Shown: positions 38,360-47,338 of the stretch, in pieces | Position numbering within the stretch: the stretch's first letter is position 1 | Layout of the letters: the number at the start of each line of letters is the position of its first letter | Assembly (NCBI GenBank): GCA_937892395.1 | Contig: CALAGJ010000111.1 | Coordinates: 2,039-66,038, forward strand | DNA from: an uncultured Parafilimonas sp. | GTDB lineage: Bacteria > Bacteroidota > Bacteroidia > Chitinophagales > Chitinophagaceae | DNA: 64,000 bases | Direction: 5' to 3' | The notes under the pieces: generated by a model | What the model was told of the DNA's origin: nothing | The model's database searches: none | What the model saw: the letters and a program-made list of their open reading frames with translations, nothing else | Position numbers and translations under genes: made by a program

Positions 38360-39694
38360 TTACTCTACCACCAATACCTGCTCTTTATTTTTTAATGTAA
38401 AACTACGCAGGAGTGAGCGTATCACTTCATTGTCAGGATAGGGTGTGAGGTGTGGTTTTATTTTTTTAATATGCCGTAAAGGTAAATTTTTTGGGACTAC
38501 CCCAAACCCATAAAAAGTACCGTTTTCTACTAACACACAGGTTTTGGTTTTTCCAATTACACTATCTTCTACTATGATGTAAGAGCCCGATGCTTGAGCT
38601 AAATCTTCAATAGCCCTTTTTACATTTTCATTATAACCGGGCACATCTAATAGATCTGGATAGCTGCCTCTGCTTTTTTCGAGAAAACACAACATAGCAT
38701 CCAACTCATACTGCCGCACTAACTTCCACATTTGTCTATGTGCATCTGTAAGCAGTGTGAATGTGGCCAAGGGTGTACTATTTTTTCGCTTGCGGTCTAT
38801 GCCTAATCTGATAACTCCTTTTGCATCTTCAAATGCATATATACCATATAAATTACTGTAGTGTTTTTGGCTTTTGTTGTGTAAGGGCCAATACTTTTTT
38901 ATTTCTACACTTTCGAGTATTAATGCTGTAAACTCTGTGGGGCAAACTTGGCAACTTACTGAATAAATATTGCGTAGCAACTCCTGTCTTTTTTTTCCTG
39001 TATTGAGGCCCATAAAATGACTGAGTACCCGCTTCCTGATATTCTTTGCCTTGCCTACATAAATGATTTTATCTTTTTTGTCTTTGAAATAATATACACC
39101 GGGATGTAAAGAAAGTCTTTTAACCTGCTCCGATGGAAGATTTGGTGGCAGCAGCTGGTCGTGATCATTTTTTTTGAGGAATTCTTTTATCTGTTTTTCA
39201 CCACCGGATTGAATGATGATTTCTAACAATCTTGCCGTAGCTTTTGCATCGCCTCCTGCACGATGGCGGGCTTCATTTTCAATATGGAAATGATTGGTAA
39301 GTGCACCTAAGCCATACTTAGGCAATCCGGGAAAAAGTTTGCGACTGAGGCGCAGGGTGCACAACTTTTTTGGCTGCCAATGGTATCCTTCCTCTTGTAG
39401 ATAATGCTTGATGAAGGTGTAATCAAAATTTACATTGTGGGCTACAAAAATTCTCTGGTGCATCAGGTTATATATATGCTCCGCCACATCTGAAAAAACT
39501 GGGGCTGTAGCCACCATAGCATTGCTGATGCCAGTAAGATGAACAATAAATGAAGGGATGGATTCCTTTGGATTGATCAACGTTTGATAAAAGCCCTCTT
39601 GCTCAGTGCCATTGTGCAGTACAATGGCAATTTCCAAAATGCCGGACCCTGCTGGATAGCTTCCCGTAGTTTCTATATCGACAATGGCATACAT
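38360..39694 (-). CDS. DnaQ-like 3'-5' exonuclease fused to a GIY-YIG (UvrC N-terminal-like) nuclease domain
   Basis: Has the ExoI motif MYAIVDIETTG, ExoII VAHNVNFDY and ExoIII HRAGGDAKA. These are followed by GVYYFKDKKDKIIYVGKAKNIRKRVLSHF (GIY-YIG). Confidence 0.82.
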   Translation of the reverse strand: MYAIVDIETTGSYPAGSGILEIAIVLHNGTEQEGFYQTLINPKESIPSFIVHLTGISNAMVATAPVFSDVAEHIYNLMHQRIFVAHNVNFDYTFIKHYLQEEGYHWQPKKLCTLRLSRKLFPGLPKYGLGALTNHFHIENEARHRAGGDAKATARLLEIIIQSGGEKQIKEFLKKNDHDQLLPPNLPSEQVKRLSLHPGVYYFKDKKDKIIYVGKAKNIRKRVLSHFMGLNTGKKRQELLRNIYSVSCQVCPTEFTALILESVEIKKYWPLHNKSQKHYSNLYGIYAFEDAKGVIRLGIDRKRKNSTPLATFTLLTDAHRQMWKLVRQYELDAMLCFLEKSRGSYPDLLDVPGYNENVKRAIEDLAQASGSYIIVEDSVIGKTKTCVLVENGTFYGFGVVPKNLPLRHIKKIKPHLTPYPDNEVIRSLLRSFTLKNKEQVLVVE

Positions 39695-39784
39695 GGAATG
39701 ATGAAATAATTTTTATAGGTTTTTAAAACTTTGGGTAATCAGAAATGATGTCTATTTATCTAAGCCACATTCCATTTTTTCGAA

Positions 39785-40144
39785 TCATATTTTTTGGAGT
39801 TCCATTTTTGTGAATGCGTTTACAGTGTTTCCAGTATTGATGGTGCCGGCTGGTTCAAATAGCATAACGGCCACTTCCTCCTCAGCTTCAGGCCGATGTT
39901 CAACTCCCCTTGGCACAATAAAAAATTCATGCTCATGCAGGGTTACCTTTTTATCCCTGAGCTCCATATTAAAACTTCCTTTTAATACATAAAACATTTC
40001 ATCTTCGTCATCATGCTTATGCCATACAAATGTTCCCTTAAACTTTACAAGTTTGATATGCTGTCCATTCAGTTCGCCTGCTATTGCCGGGTTCCAATAT
40101 TCTTTTATTTGGGATAATTTATCATTAATATTAACGACCTGCAT
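39785..40144 (-). CDS. cupin-domain protein
   Basis: Contains WHKHDDEDEMFYVLKG...VPRGVEHRP, the two cupin motifs. ATG 40144 is preferred to TTG 40162. Confidence 0.8.
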   Translation of the reverse strand: MQVVNINDKLSQIKEYWNPAIAGELNGQHIKLVKFKGTFVWHKHDDEDEMFYVLKGSFNMELRDKKVTLHEHEFFIVPRGVEHRPEAEEEVAVMLFEPAGTINTGNTVNAFTKMELQKI

Positions 40145-40159
40145 TTGTATAAATTTTTC

Positions 40160-40167
40160 CAAAATTA
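40160..40167 (-). promoter_or_regulatory. candidate -7 box (TAATTTTG) for the cupin gene
   Basis: CAAAATTA on the + strand, 15 nt upstream of ATG 40144. Confidence 0.35.
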
Positions 40168-40241
40168 GGTATTTGTTATTTTGTTGATGGCCTAAATAAT
40201 GGTATCTATTTTCTTGCTCAATGGGGTTCTTTATTTCAGCT

Positions 40242-40249
40242 TACATTTG
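40242..40249 (+). promoter_or_regulatory. -7 box TACATTTG 4 nt from ATG 40254 (leaderless-mRNA candidate)
   Basis: Perfect TAnnTTTG. It lies inside the ORF-track extension (40221), which argues for the 40254 start. Confidence 0.4.
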
Positions 40250-40253
40250 CCGG

Positions 40254-41255
40254 ATGTTTGGTTTGGGAATTGCTTATCATCGGGTAAAAAAAATACTCAT
40301 ACCGCAGGAGCGGATAAAGTTTTGGCTGCTGGTTGTACTGCATGTTGTCATGAATATTTTAGATATTGTAGCTCTAGCTGCTGTTATTTATATCATTAAT
40401 ATTTACACAAGGGAAAAGCCTATTTTGAGAAAGGATCTTATACCGGATTGGCTGCTCCATAGAAATATTTTAACCCCATTTCTTTTGTTGGTTGTTTTTT
40501 TTATTGTTAAAAGTGTTGCCGGTTTTTTGATCCTTCGTTTTCAAAATAAATACCTGTACGGTGTAGCTACTCGGCTGAGTATGGAGCGTTATCAATTCAT
40601 TGTACAAGATGCGAAAAAGAATGTACTTGAAGCAGCAGCTATAAGAGCTGTAAGTCAAGTGCCGGTGGAGTTTACAGAGCATGTATTGCTAAGTGTAAAA
40701 CAGGTGTTCTCAGAAATAATTTTGATTAGTATGGCAGGCGTAGCCCTTATGATTTTTAAGACAAAATTATTTTTACTGATTTTACTAATTGTACTTCCCG
40801 TTACTGTTATTATTTATTTTTCTACTACCAGGTTGTTGAAGAGATTGCGCAGCAGCATACAGCAAAATAGCTTAAAAACGATACAATATATACAGCAGGC
40901 CATACAGCAAAAATCAGTAGAAGAAAATGATACAATAGCAGAAGCATATTTGCAGAGCCAGCAATCGCTCAATATGAGTAGGGCCACATTTCATACTTTG
41001 CAAGCATTGCCCAATCGTTTTTTTGATGCAGCATTAGTGGCCTCCTTATTTTTATTGGTATTTCTCACCAAGCAGTTGGAGCATATTAGGTATATTGATG
41101 TAGTTACGATAGGTTCTTTTATGGCGGCAGCGGCCAAAGTAATACCCGGCATAATCAGGCTTATTAATCTCAATGCAGAAATACAATCTTATGCTTATAC
41201 AATTGATGTGCTTCAGGATGGTACTACTGATGAAGATACACATGTGGATGGGTAA
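40254..41255 (+). CDS. ABC exporter transmembrane domain only (ATPase domain lost; probable truncated gene)
   Basis: Has a six-helix ABC_membrane-like topology. The N-terminus ...KKILIPQERIKFWLLVVLHVVMNILDIVALAAVIYII is typical of type-I exporters. It ends at TAA 41253-41255, exactly where the nucleotide-binding domain should begin. Confidence 0.6.
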   Translation: MFGLGIAYHRVKKILIPQERIKFWLLVVLHVVMNILDIVALAAVIYIINIYTREKPILRKDLIPDWLLHRNILTPFLLLVVFFIVKSVAGFLILRFQNKYLYGVATRLSMERYQFIVQDAKKNVLEAAAIRAVSQVPVEFTEHVLLSVKQVFSEIILISMAGVALMIFKTKLFLLILLIVLPVTVIIYFSTTRLLKRLRSSIQQNSLKTIQYIQQAIQQKSVEENDTIAEAYLQSQQSLNMSRATFHTLQALPNRFFDAALVASLFLLVFLTKQLEHIRYIDVVTIGSFMAAAAKVIPGIIRLINLNAEIQSYAYTIDVLQDGTTDEDTHVDG

Positions 41256-41444
41256 TTATGCATTACTTTTTCAAATACAAACAATCACAGCTTTGACCAC
41301 TGCTTTACATTTACTAGAGGTTTAAAAATATATTACATTGCATCCGCTACACAATTTTTGAGTCTGTATTTGTTGAAAGAATTTTGGAATAAACTTCAGC
41401 GGAAAATCAACACAGAAACATTGATTTATGAACAAATACAGAGT

Positions 41445-41471
41445 TGTTTTACCCCCTTCGGGAAATGATAA
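41445..41471 (-). repeat. short dispersed hairpin motif, family B, copy 3 (reverse orientation)
   Basis: The reverse complement reads TATCATTTCCCGAAGGGGGTAAAACAA. Confidence 0.55.
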
Positions 41472-41550
41472 CGCTATAGAACAAAATCAATTGAGAGGTA
41501 TATTTAAAAAAATAGTATCAGCCTTAATGTACAAAGGTCAATATCAGTAC

Positions 41551-41585
41551 AAAAGGCGGATCATTTAAAGTCCGCCTTTTGTTTT
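41551..41585. terminator. bidirectional rho-independent terminator
   Basis: AAAAGGCGGA-N10-TCCGCCTTTT followed by GTTTT. It lies between convergent genes (40254-41255 + and 41623-44907 -). Confidence 0.7.
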
Positions 41586-41622
41586 ACCTATAAAAGGTAT
41601 GCCTCTTTCAATTATTACAGCC

Positions 41623-44600
41623 CTACTCCACTATCAATTTTTTTATAGAGGCCGCTTTACCATCCACCTGCACATATACCAAATACAGGCCTTTGGCAAA
41701 TCGGCTAAGGTCAATAGGGATTTTTTGGCCTGCGGCAATGTTGGATAGGGCTTGGTTATACACGGTTTTGCCTGTTATATCCCTTATGTTAATACCCATT
41801 TTTGCCGCCGATTGATCCATACGGATGGAGGTATGGTTTGTGGCGGGGTTGGGATATAACTGCCAATTTGGGTCTGAGGATTTTGCACTAATAGGCTCAG
41901 GCCCCCCACCATTATTATTGGAACTACTTATTTCCATCTTTATGCAAGGTTTACCGCCCCATGTTGTACAAGGAGTAATTAGACAGGCTGTGCTAAATGG
42001 CAGGACGGTAATATTTTCTTCGGCAAAGGGATCACTGTTTGCTGCACTGCCCGGGGCAGGGTATGCATAATAGCTTCTTGTATCTGCACTGTTGTCCGTA
42101 AAATAATCCGGCTTGTTGCCGATAAACACTTCTACCATCGCTACCTGTATGGTTGTGTTGGTGTCTGGCGCAACGGAGGTGTTGCTGATGATAATATCCC
42201 AGGGGCTGCTATTGGGCGCAGGTGCCCAGTAGCAGGTGCTGAATACTTGAGTAAACCAGCGCCTGCGGGCTGTGATATCTGTATTGGTGGTATCGTAGCG
42301 GTTTAACTCATCCCCCTTAATCTGACCGTTTGCTCCCAATAAGCCAAAAATGAACTTGCTGCCAGTGGTATCGAACCCCCCATTATACACACTGCTACCA
42401 AACCAGGTGATGGCTATATAGGTGGTGGTGTTTGGCAAATTGCGGATGCTGTCTTTCATTTCTGCGCTGAGTTTAATAAAAATGCTGTTTGCTTTCTGAT
42501 TAAATACGCTATTGGGATTGCCCGCCAAAGCGGTGCTTACTATACCCTTGCTAAAGCGGCCAAAGGGACTGAATTTGTCTATGATTTCTGTAGTGTCTTC
42601 TTTTGCTTTGCCGATGATATTGTAGTAGCCAATTTGTTTTATTTTATAATCTACAGAAGAACCTAATGTGTCCACTTCCTGCATGGTGAGTTTGGTGCTG
42701 CTGCCGCTCCTGATGATGGCTGCATCATTGTCCGTGGTTACAAACCAGCCCACATCATTTTTACCTGCGCCGTTCGTGTTGTACTGGTTGCCTGCACCGC
42801 CCTGTGCTATATCGGATACGGACTGCACGGTGTTTTGATTATAAATATTTGAGGCGCCCAGGTTTCTGTTGGTGGCTATTTTTTCACAATATTTTTCGCC
42901 ATTATAGTTGCCATTTGCCGTGCCGCCATCATTGGTGCTGTTTACTTTCTGCTTTTGGGTGTTATTGCCATTGTGCACTGAAAAATCTTCTGTGGCAAAG
43001 CGAATGGTATCTGCCGCATCTAAACCGTCTTTAAAAGCAAGATAACTGCCCGGGAAGCTTTTGGGTATATCATTGTTGGAATAATCATAATCCTTTACAT
43101 GCTGATTAAAGAAGGTGAATACCTTGCCATTGGCTGTGTCAATGAACTGTGTGCGTGCCTGGTCTACAAAAGTGATCATGTTGATGTATTGAATCCAGTA
43201 ATCCAATCCAAAATCAAGGGCGCTGGTGGATGTGGCAAAGAGGTGACGGGGCCGCTGGCGCAATACATTTATATCGTAAAAACCTCCGGGCTTATAATCG
43301 GTGTAATAATCGAGGTTGGTATTATTCCAGTCGCACTCATCCCGGTAGCGTATTACACCGCCATTGCTGCCCCGTGTGGATTTGGCGACGCTGTCCTTTA
43401 ACTGATCATATTTAAGCCTGCGGTACATATCCCGGTAATTCTTGCCAAAGTTCATATTGTACAGATGCCCGCCCTCTGGTGGCTTGCGCCAGCTTTGGTG
43501 CAGGTATTTCATAATGGAATCGGGGGTATTACTCCAACTGCTGCCATTGTAACTTCTGCCAAACCAGTTTCTGGTGAGGCGTTGTGTATTAGTGCAGCTA
43601 TTGGCGCTGCTGTCAAGCGCCTTAGTAGATACAGGCCAGAGAAAATAAGATTCTGATGAAGGTTTGGTAAAATCAACGGCTACCGTGCGGGGCAGGTTAT
43701 TAAGCCCGGGATTGTTGTCGGCTACTTTTTTGCCCCATACCTTGGTGCCATTGCCACCGTTGAGCAGCAGGTGCATATTGGGCAGGGGCCGGGTGGCATA
43801 GTTGGCGGTGCCCGCAGGGCCATTGAGCTTATATAATGCATTGGCAAGCCAGCCCCAGTGCTTACGGACAAATATGGGCCACTCGGTTTCTAAATCTATA
43901 TCATCGGACAGATCCATGTTTACATTTGTTGAGTCGGTGGGTGATTCTATAATTCTGCCATCACCATCCCAGGGGCGTAAATCGCCGGTGCTTCCTTCTC
44001 CCACTTGTATAAAGAGGAGCCTTTCTTTTATCTTTTTATTAGTGGCAATAGTTTCCCAGTTGTTGGCGACTGTGCCGCTGGTTTTGAGATTGCATAAATA
44101 GCTGATGATGCGGTAGAGAAAATTGCGATAGTAATATTCATATTTTGTTTCTGCTAAGTTATCGCTTGTATAGCCGAAGCGACCATAATCATCATCTTTA
44201 TAAACACTGTCGGAGGTTTGCGCAGAAGTGACACCGGGCATTTTTACATAATCGGGGTAGGCTCCGGGGTAATTGTTTAGATAACTGCCGCTCACTCTGC
44301 GGCCCTTGTCGAGGTAATCGGGGTAGTAGCGAACATTAGTGCCACTGCCTGTTTTAACTCGTTTAATGCCGGCCTCCTTTAACCAGTATGGCATTTCTGT
44401 GTTATCTGGTATTCCTATGGGCGCCCACTGACCGGTCCATATTTCTATACCATAGGCTTTTATATTATTTGTATTGACCACCGTCTTGATGGCATCGTAA
44501 AAATCTTTGTACCGGATCAGGTCATTACCACCTGAGTTGTAATTGGGCATGTCACCTTTGTCATTTTTATTGTACTGTAAATAATTCCAGGCAAACACAA

Positions 44601-44907
44601 CTATGGCCCCTTTAATATAATCCGGTTGAATAGTTTGCGCCATGTTGGTGAGGCCCTGGGGAGGATTGGAACTGCCGCTGTTGTTATAAACAGGAGCAAA
44701 AAAACTACTATCCGCATATTGGGCGGATGCACTGCCATTGGCAAACATAAGGGTGGATTCTGCAACACCGTTGGAGTCAATCTTGTATGGGAAAAATGCC
44801 CATACACCACGGGCTTCTAACTCAAGATTGGAAATGGGGGTGCTTTGTGTGTGAACCTGTGTGAGGAAGCATACTGTTAAGAACAGTAAAGAGATTTTTT
44901 TTAGCAT
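41623..44907 (-). CDS. large exported protein of unknown function with T9SS type-A CTD
   Basis: 1094 aa with signal peptide MLKKISLLFLTVCFLTQVHTQ. The C-terminus LYPNPATNHTSIRM...KKLIVE is a T9SS CTD. I could not assign the N-terminal ~900 aa to a family; they may be glycoside-hydrolase-like. Confidence 0.7.
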   Translation of the reverse strand: MLKKISLLFLTVCFLTQVHTQSTPISNLELEARGVWAFFPYKIDSNGVAESTLMFANGSASAQYADSSFFAPVYNNSGSSNPPQGLTNMAQTIQPDYIKGAIVVFAWNYLQYNKNDKGDMPNYNSGGNDLIRYKDFYDAIKTVVNTNNIKAYGIEIWTGQWAPIGIPDNTEMPYWLKEAGIKRVKTGSGTNVRYYPDYLDKGRRVSGSYLNNYPGAYPDYVKMPGVTSAQTSDSVYKDDDYGRFGYTSDNLAETKYEYYYRNFLYRIISYLCNLKTSGTVANNWETIATNKKIKERLLFIQVGEGSTGDLRPWDGDGRIIESPTDSTNVNMDLSDDIDLETEWPIFVRKHWGWLANALYKLNGPAGTANYATRPLPNMHLLLNGGNGTKVWGKKVADNNPGLNNLPRTVAVDFTKPSSESYFLWPVSTKALDSSANSCTNTQRLTRNWFGRSYNGSSWSNTPDSIMKYLHQSWRKPPEGGHLYNMNFGKNYRDMYRRLKYDQLKDSVAKSTRGSNGGVIRYRDECDWNNTNLDYYTDYKPGGFYDINVLRQRPRHLFATSTSALDFGLDYWIQYINMITFVDQARTQFIDTANGKVFTFFNQHVKDYDYSNNDIPKSFPGSYLAFKDGLDAADTIRFATEDFSVHNGNNTQKQKVNSTNDGGTANGNYNGEKYCEKIATNRNLGASNIYNQNTVQSVSDIAQGGAGNQYNTNGAGKNDVGWFVTTDNDAAIIRSGSSTKLTMQEVDTLGSSVDYKIKQIGYYNIIGKAKEDTTEIIDKFSPFGRFSKGIVSTALAGNPNSVFNQKANSIFIKLSAEMKDSIRNLPNTTTYIAITWFGSSVYNGGFDTTGSKFIFGLLGANGQIKGDELNRYDTTNTDITARRRWFTQVFSTCYWAPAPNSSPWDIIISNTSVAPDTNTTIQVAMVEVFIGNKPDYFTDNSADTRSYYAYPAPGSAANSDPFAEENITVLPFSTACLITPCTTWGGKPCIKMEISSSNNNGGGPEPISAKSSDPNWQLYPNPATNHTSIRMDQSAAKMGINIRDITGKTVYNQALSNIAAGQKIPIDLSRFAKGLYLVYVQVDGKAASIKKLIVE

Positions 44908-45080
44908 AACATTACAGTTTTGTTTTTTTTAAAGAAGAGAAACATTAGCAACTTTATAATATAAACCTTAGCAATCGTTTTACCGGTGGCTTTGGTATGG
45001 CTGCCGGTAGCGATAAAGATATTTGCCAGATTTGAATAAAACTAATTTTAGGCTGATTTTTTTGCATTATCACCATCCGG

Positions 45081-45088
45081 TATATTTG
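45081..45088 (+). promoter_or_regulatory. candidate -7 box (TATATTTG)
   Basis: TAnnTTTG match 48 nt upstream of ATG 45137. Confidence 0.3.
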
Positions 45089-45136
45089 TGCTGCCTGCTT
45101 ATTTTTATTTATGCTGATTTATAAAACATTTAAGTT

Positions 45137-45678
45137 ATGAAGAAAACGCATTATCTGTTTGCATCCATTCTTTACATAGTAACGGTTACCGGTGCTTACG
45201 GCCAATCCTGGAATTTTTTAGAAAAAGTGGTACAACCTAAAAGGATAGCTAATGATGTGTTTAGCCAGTCTGTTGCAATAGAGGGCGATTATACAATGAT
45301 TGGCTGCTGGAGGGATAACTATGATCAAACCGGGGGTGGAATTTTCTTGAAGAAGCAGGATCGGTTTATTTATAACAAAAATCGGCAGAAGGGTTATGGA
45401 CACTGATTAAAAAAATAGTGGCATCAGACAGAACCCTCTATGATGCATTTGGCTTTGATGTGGCCATGGATGGCAATTATGCTGTAATAGGTGCGCCATT
45501 TGAAGGCTTGGGCGATGTGGAAAGTGCAGGCGCTGTTTATGTATTTGAAAACAGGGATAGCGTGTTTACAGAGGTAAAAAAATTATTTGCGCCAGACCGG
45601 GAGTATCTCAATCAGTTTGGCTGGAAGCCGGATATATCGGGTGATTGGATATTGGTAGGAGTATCCTTAGAAAGGTGA
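45137..45678 (+). pseudogene. frameshifted and truncated FG-GAP/beta-propeller-repeat exported protein
   Basis: Two ORFs in different frames (45137-45406 and 45418-45678). The first has a signal peptide plus FSQSVAIEGDYTMIGC. The second reads KKIVASDRTLYDAFGFDVAMDGNYAVIGAP...AGAVYVF, which is consecutive FG-GAP-like blades. It ends after ~180 aa with no C-terminal domain. Confidence 0.65.
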
Positions 45679-45888
45679 TAACATTTTCACATACAGCTAT
45701 TAGGTTATTGAAGGAAAATGTATAGACAAAGACATAATTTCTCAGCTTAAATGATAAATTATTTATACAGAACCTATATTGTAAGCAATATCATTTCTGA
45801 AAGTTAAATATGATATAAAATATCCCAAAAAACCATGAACAACATGAACTGTTGTGAGCTGTTTAACTTTTACATTTAAATCAAACCA

Positions 45889-45896
45889 TACTTTTG
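45889..45896 (+). promoter_or_regulatory. -7 box TACTTTTG 5 nt from the gatB ATG (leaderless-mRNA candidate)
   Basis: Perfect TAnnTTTG, followed by TGCAC and then ATG 45902. Confidence 0.45.
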
Positions 45897-45901
45897 TGCA
45901 C

Positions 45902-47338
45902 ATGAAGGCATTTGAAATTGTTATTGGCCTTGAAGTACATATACGTCTCGCTACAAAAACAAAACTTTTCAGTTCAGATAGTGCTGAATATGGTGGTATT
46001 CCAAATGGTCATACATCTGTATTGACCCTTGCACATCCAGGCACACTGCCTATGTTAAATGCATCAGCAGTGCGTATGGCAATAAAGTTGGGTCTAGCTT
46101 GCCATTGCACCATTAATCCATTCAGCTATTTTGCACGCAAGCATTATTTTTATCCTGACTCTCCAAAAGGATTTCAAACCACCCAGCATACAGCACCAAT
46201 TTGTATAGGAGGCTATCTTTCATTATCCACTGGAAAAAAAATACATATACATCATATTCATCTTGAAGAAGATGCTGCAAAAAGTTTGCATGATCAGGAA
46301 CCGGGCTTCACGTGGATAGATTATAATAGGGCTGGCACTCCTTTGATGGAGTTGGTTACAGAACCATGCATAGAGTCTGCGGATGATGCTGCTGCTTTTG
46401 TATCTGAGCTACATCGGTTGGTACAATGGATTGAAGTAAGTGATGGTAACATGGAAGAAGGAAGTTTAAAATGTGATGTAAATATTTCTGCCCGAAAAGC
46501 AGGTGATACATTACTAGGCACGAAGGTGGAAATTAAGAATGTAAATTCTATACGAAACATTCGCAAAGCAGCTTCGGTAGAAGCTGAGCGCTTGATTGGT
46601 TGTTTACAATCAGGTGAAAAAATCATACAGCAAACCAGGAGTTTTGATGCAAATACCGATACTACATTTTCACTAAGGGAGAAAGAAGAAGCCAATGATT
46701 ATCGTTATTTTCCAGAGCCTGATTTGCCGCCAATACATCTTAGCGAAGCATATATTGAATCTGTAAGGGCTTCTTTGCCGGAATTGCCGCAGGCACTCAT
46801 CGAGAGATTAAAAGAGCAGTATCAATTGAATGATTATGATGCCACTCAAATAAGCTTGGATAAAAAAGCTGTTCAATATTTCGAAAAAATAAACTTATTT
46901 ACAAATCAGAGCAAGCAAGCTGCCAATTGGATAAATGGTGCCATAAAACAGTATTTGAATGACGGTGGATTTGAATTCGATGCATTCCCTATTGCTCCTG
47001 AAAAAATTGCTGACATTATTCATCTTATAGAGTCCAATACCATAAGCCATACTGCTGCTACTTCAAGATTGTTTCCGGCATTAATTAGTGAACCCTCAGC
47101 AGATGTAGAAAGCCTTGCCAACTCTCTAAATATTATACAGATTAGCGATGCCAATGAACTAACAGAATGGGTTCAGCAGGCCATAGATAAAATGCCCGAC
47201 AAAGTATTGGCATATCAGAAAGGCAAGAAGGGTTTGATAGGCTTGTTTATGGGGGAAGTAAAAAAAATAAGTGGTGGAAAAGCTGATGCACAAATAACCT
47301 TGCAATTATTAGAAGAAAAATTGAATCAAAAATTATGA
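45902..47338 (+). CDS. gatB: Asp-tRNA(Asn)/Glu-tRNA(Gln) amidotransferase subunit B
   Basis: MKAFEIVIGLEVHIRL..., HIHLEEDAAKS, DYNRAGTPLMELVTEP, and a C-terminal GatB/YqeY domain. The ORF-track GTG start at 45854 is rejected. Confidence 0.95.
   Translation: MKAFEIVIGLEVHIRLATKTKLFSSDSAEYGGIPNGHTSVLTLAHPGTLPMLNASAVRMAIKLGLACHCTINPFSYFARKHYFYPDSPKGFQTTQHTAPICIGGYLSLSTGKKIHIHHIHLEEDAAKSLHDQEPGFTWIDYNRAGTPLMELVTEPCIESADDAAAFVSELHRLVQWIEVSDGNMEEGSLKCDVNISARKAGDTLLGTKVEIKNVNSIRNIRKAASVEAERLIGCLQSGEKIIQQTRSFDANTDTTFSLREKEEANDYRYFPEPDLPPIHLSEAYIESVRASLPELPQALIERLKEQYQLNDYDATQISLDKKAVQYFEKINLFTNQSKQAANWINGAIKQYLNDGGFEFDAFPIAPEKIADIIHLIESNTISHTAATSRLFPALISEPSADVESLANSLNIIQISDANELTEWVQQAIDKMPDKVLAYQKGKKGLIGLFMGEVKKISGGKADAQITLQLLEEKLNQKL

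Noticed and set aside
41825-44820. Nine + strand ORFs of 61-100 aa opposite the 1094-aa gene, and a suspicion that this gene is a GC-rich horizontally acquired island
   Set aside because: The ORFs are shadow frames of a long, well-supported - strand gene. I hand-counted GC on eight 60-nt lines of this gene (about 28-60 %, mean mid-40s) and on a similar number of lines from other genes (about 25-50 %). The ranges overlap too much to claim a compositional island without a proper sliding-window calculation.
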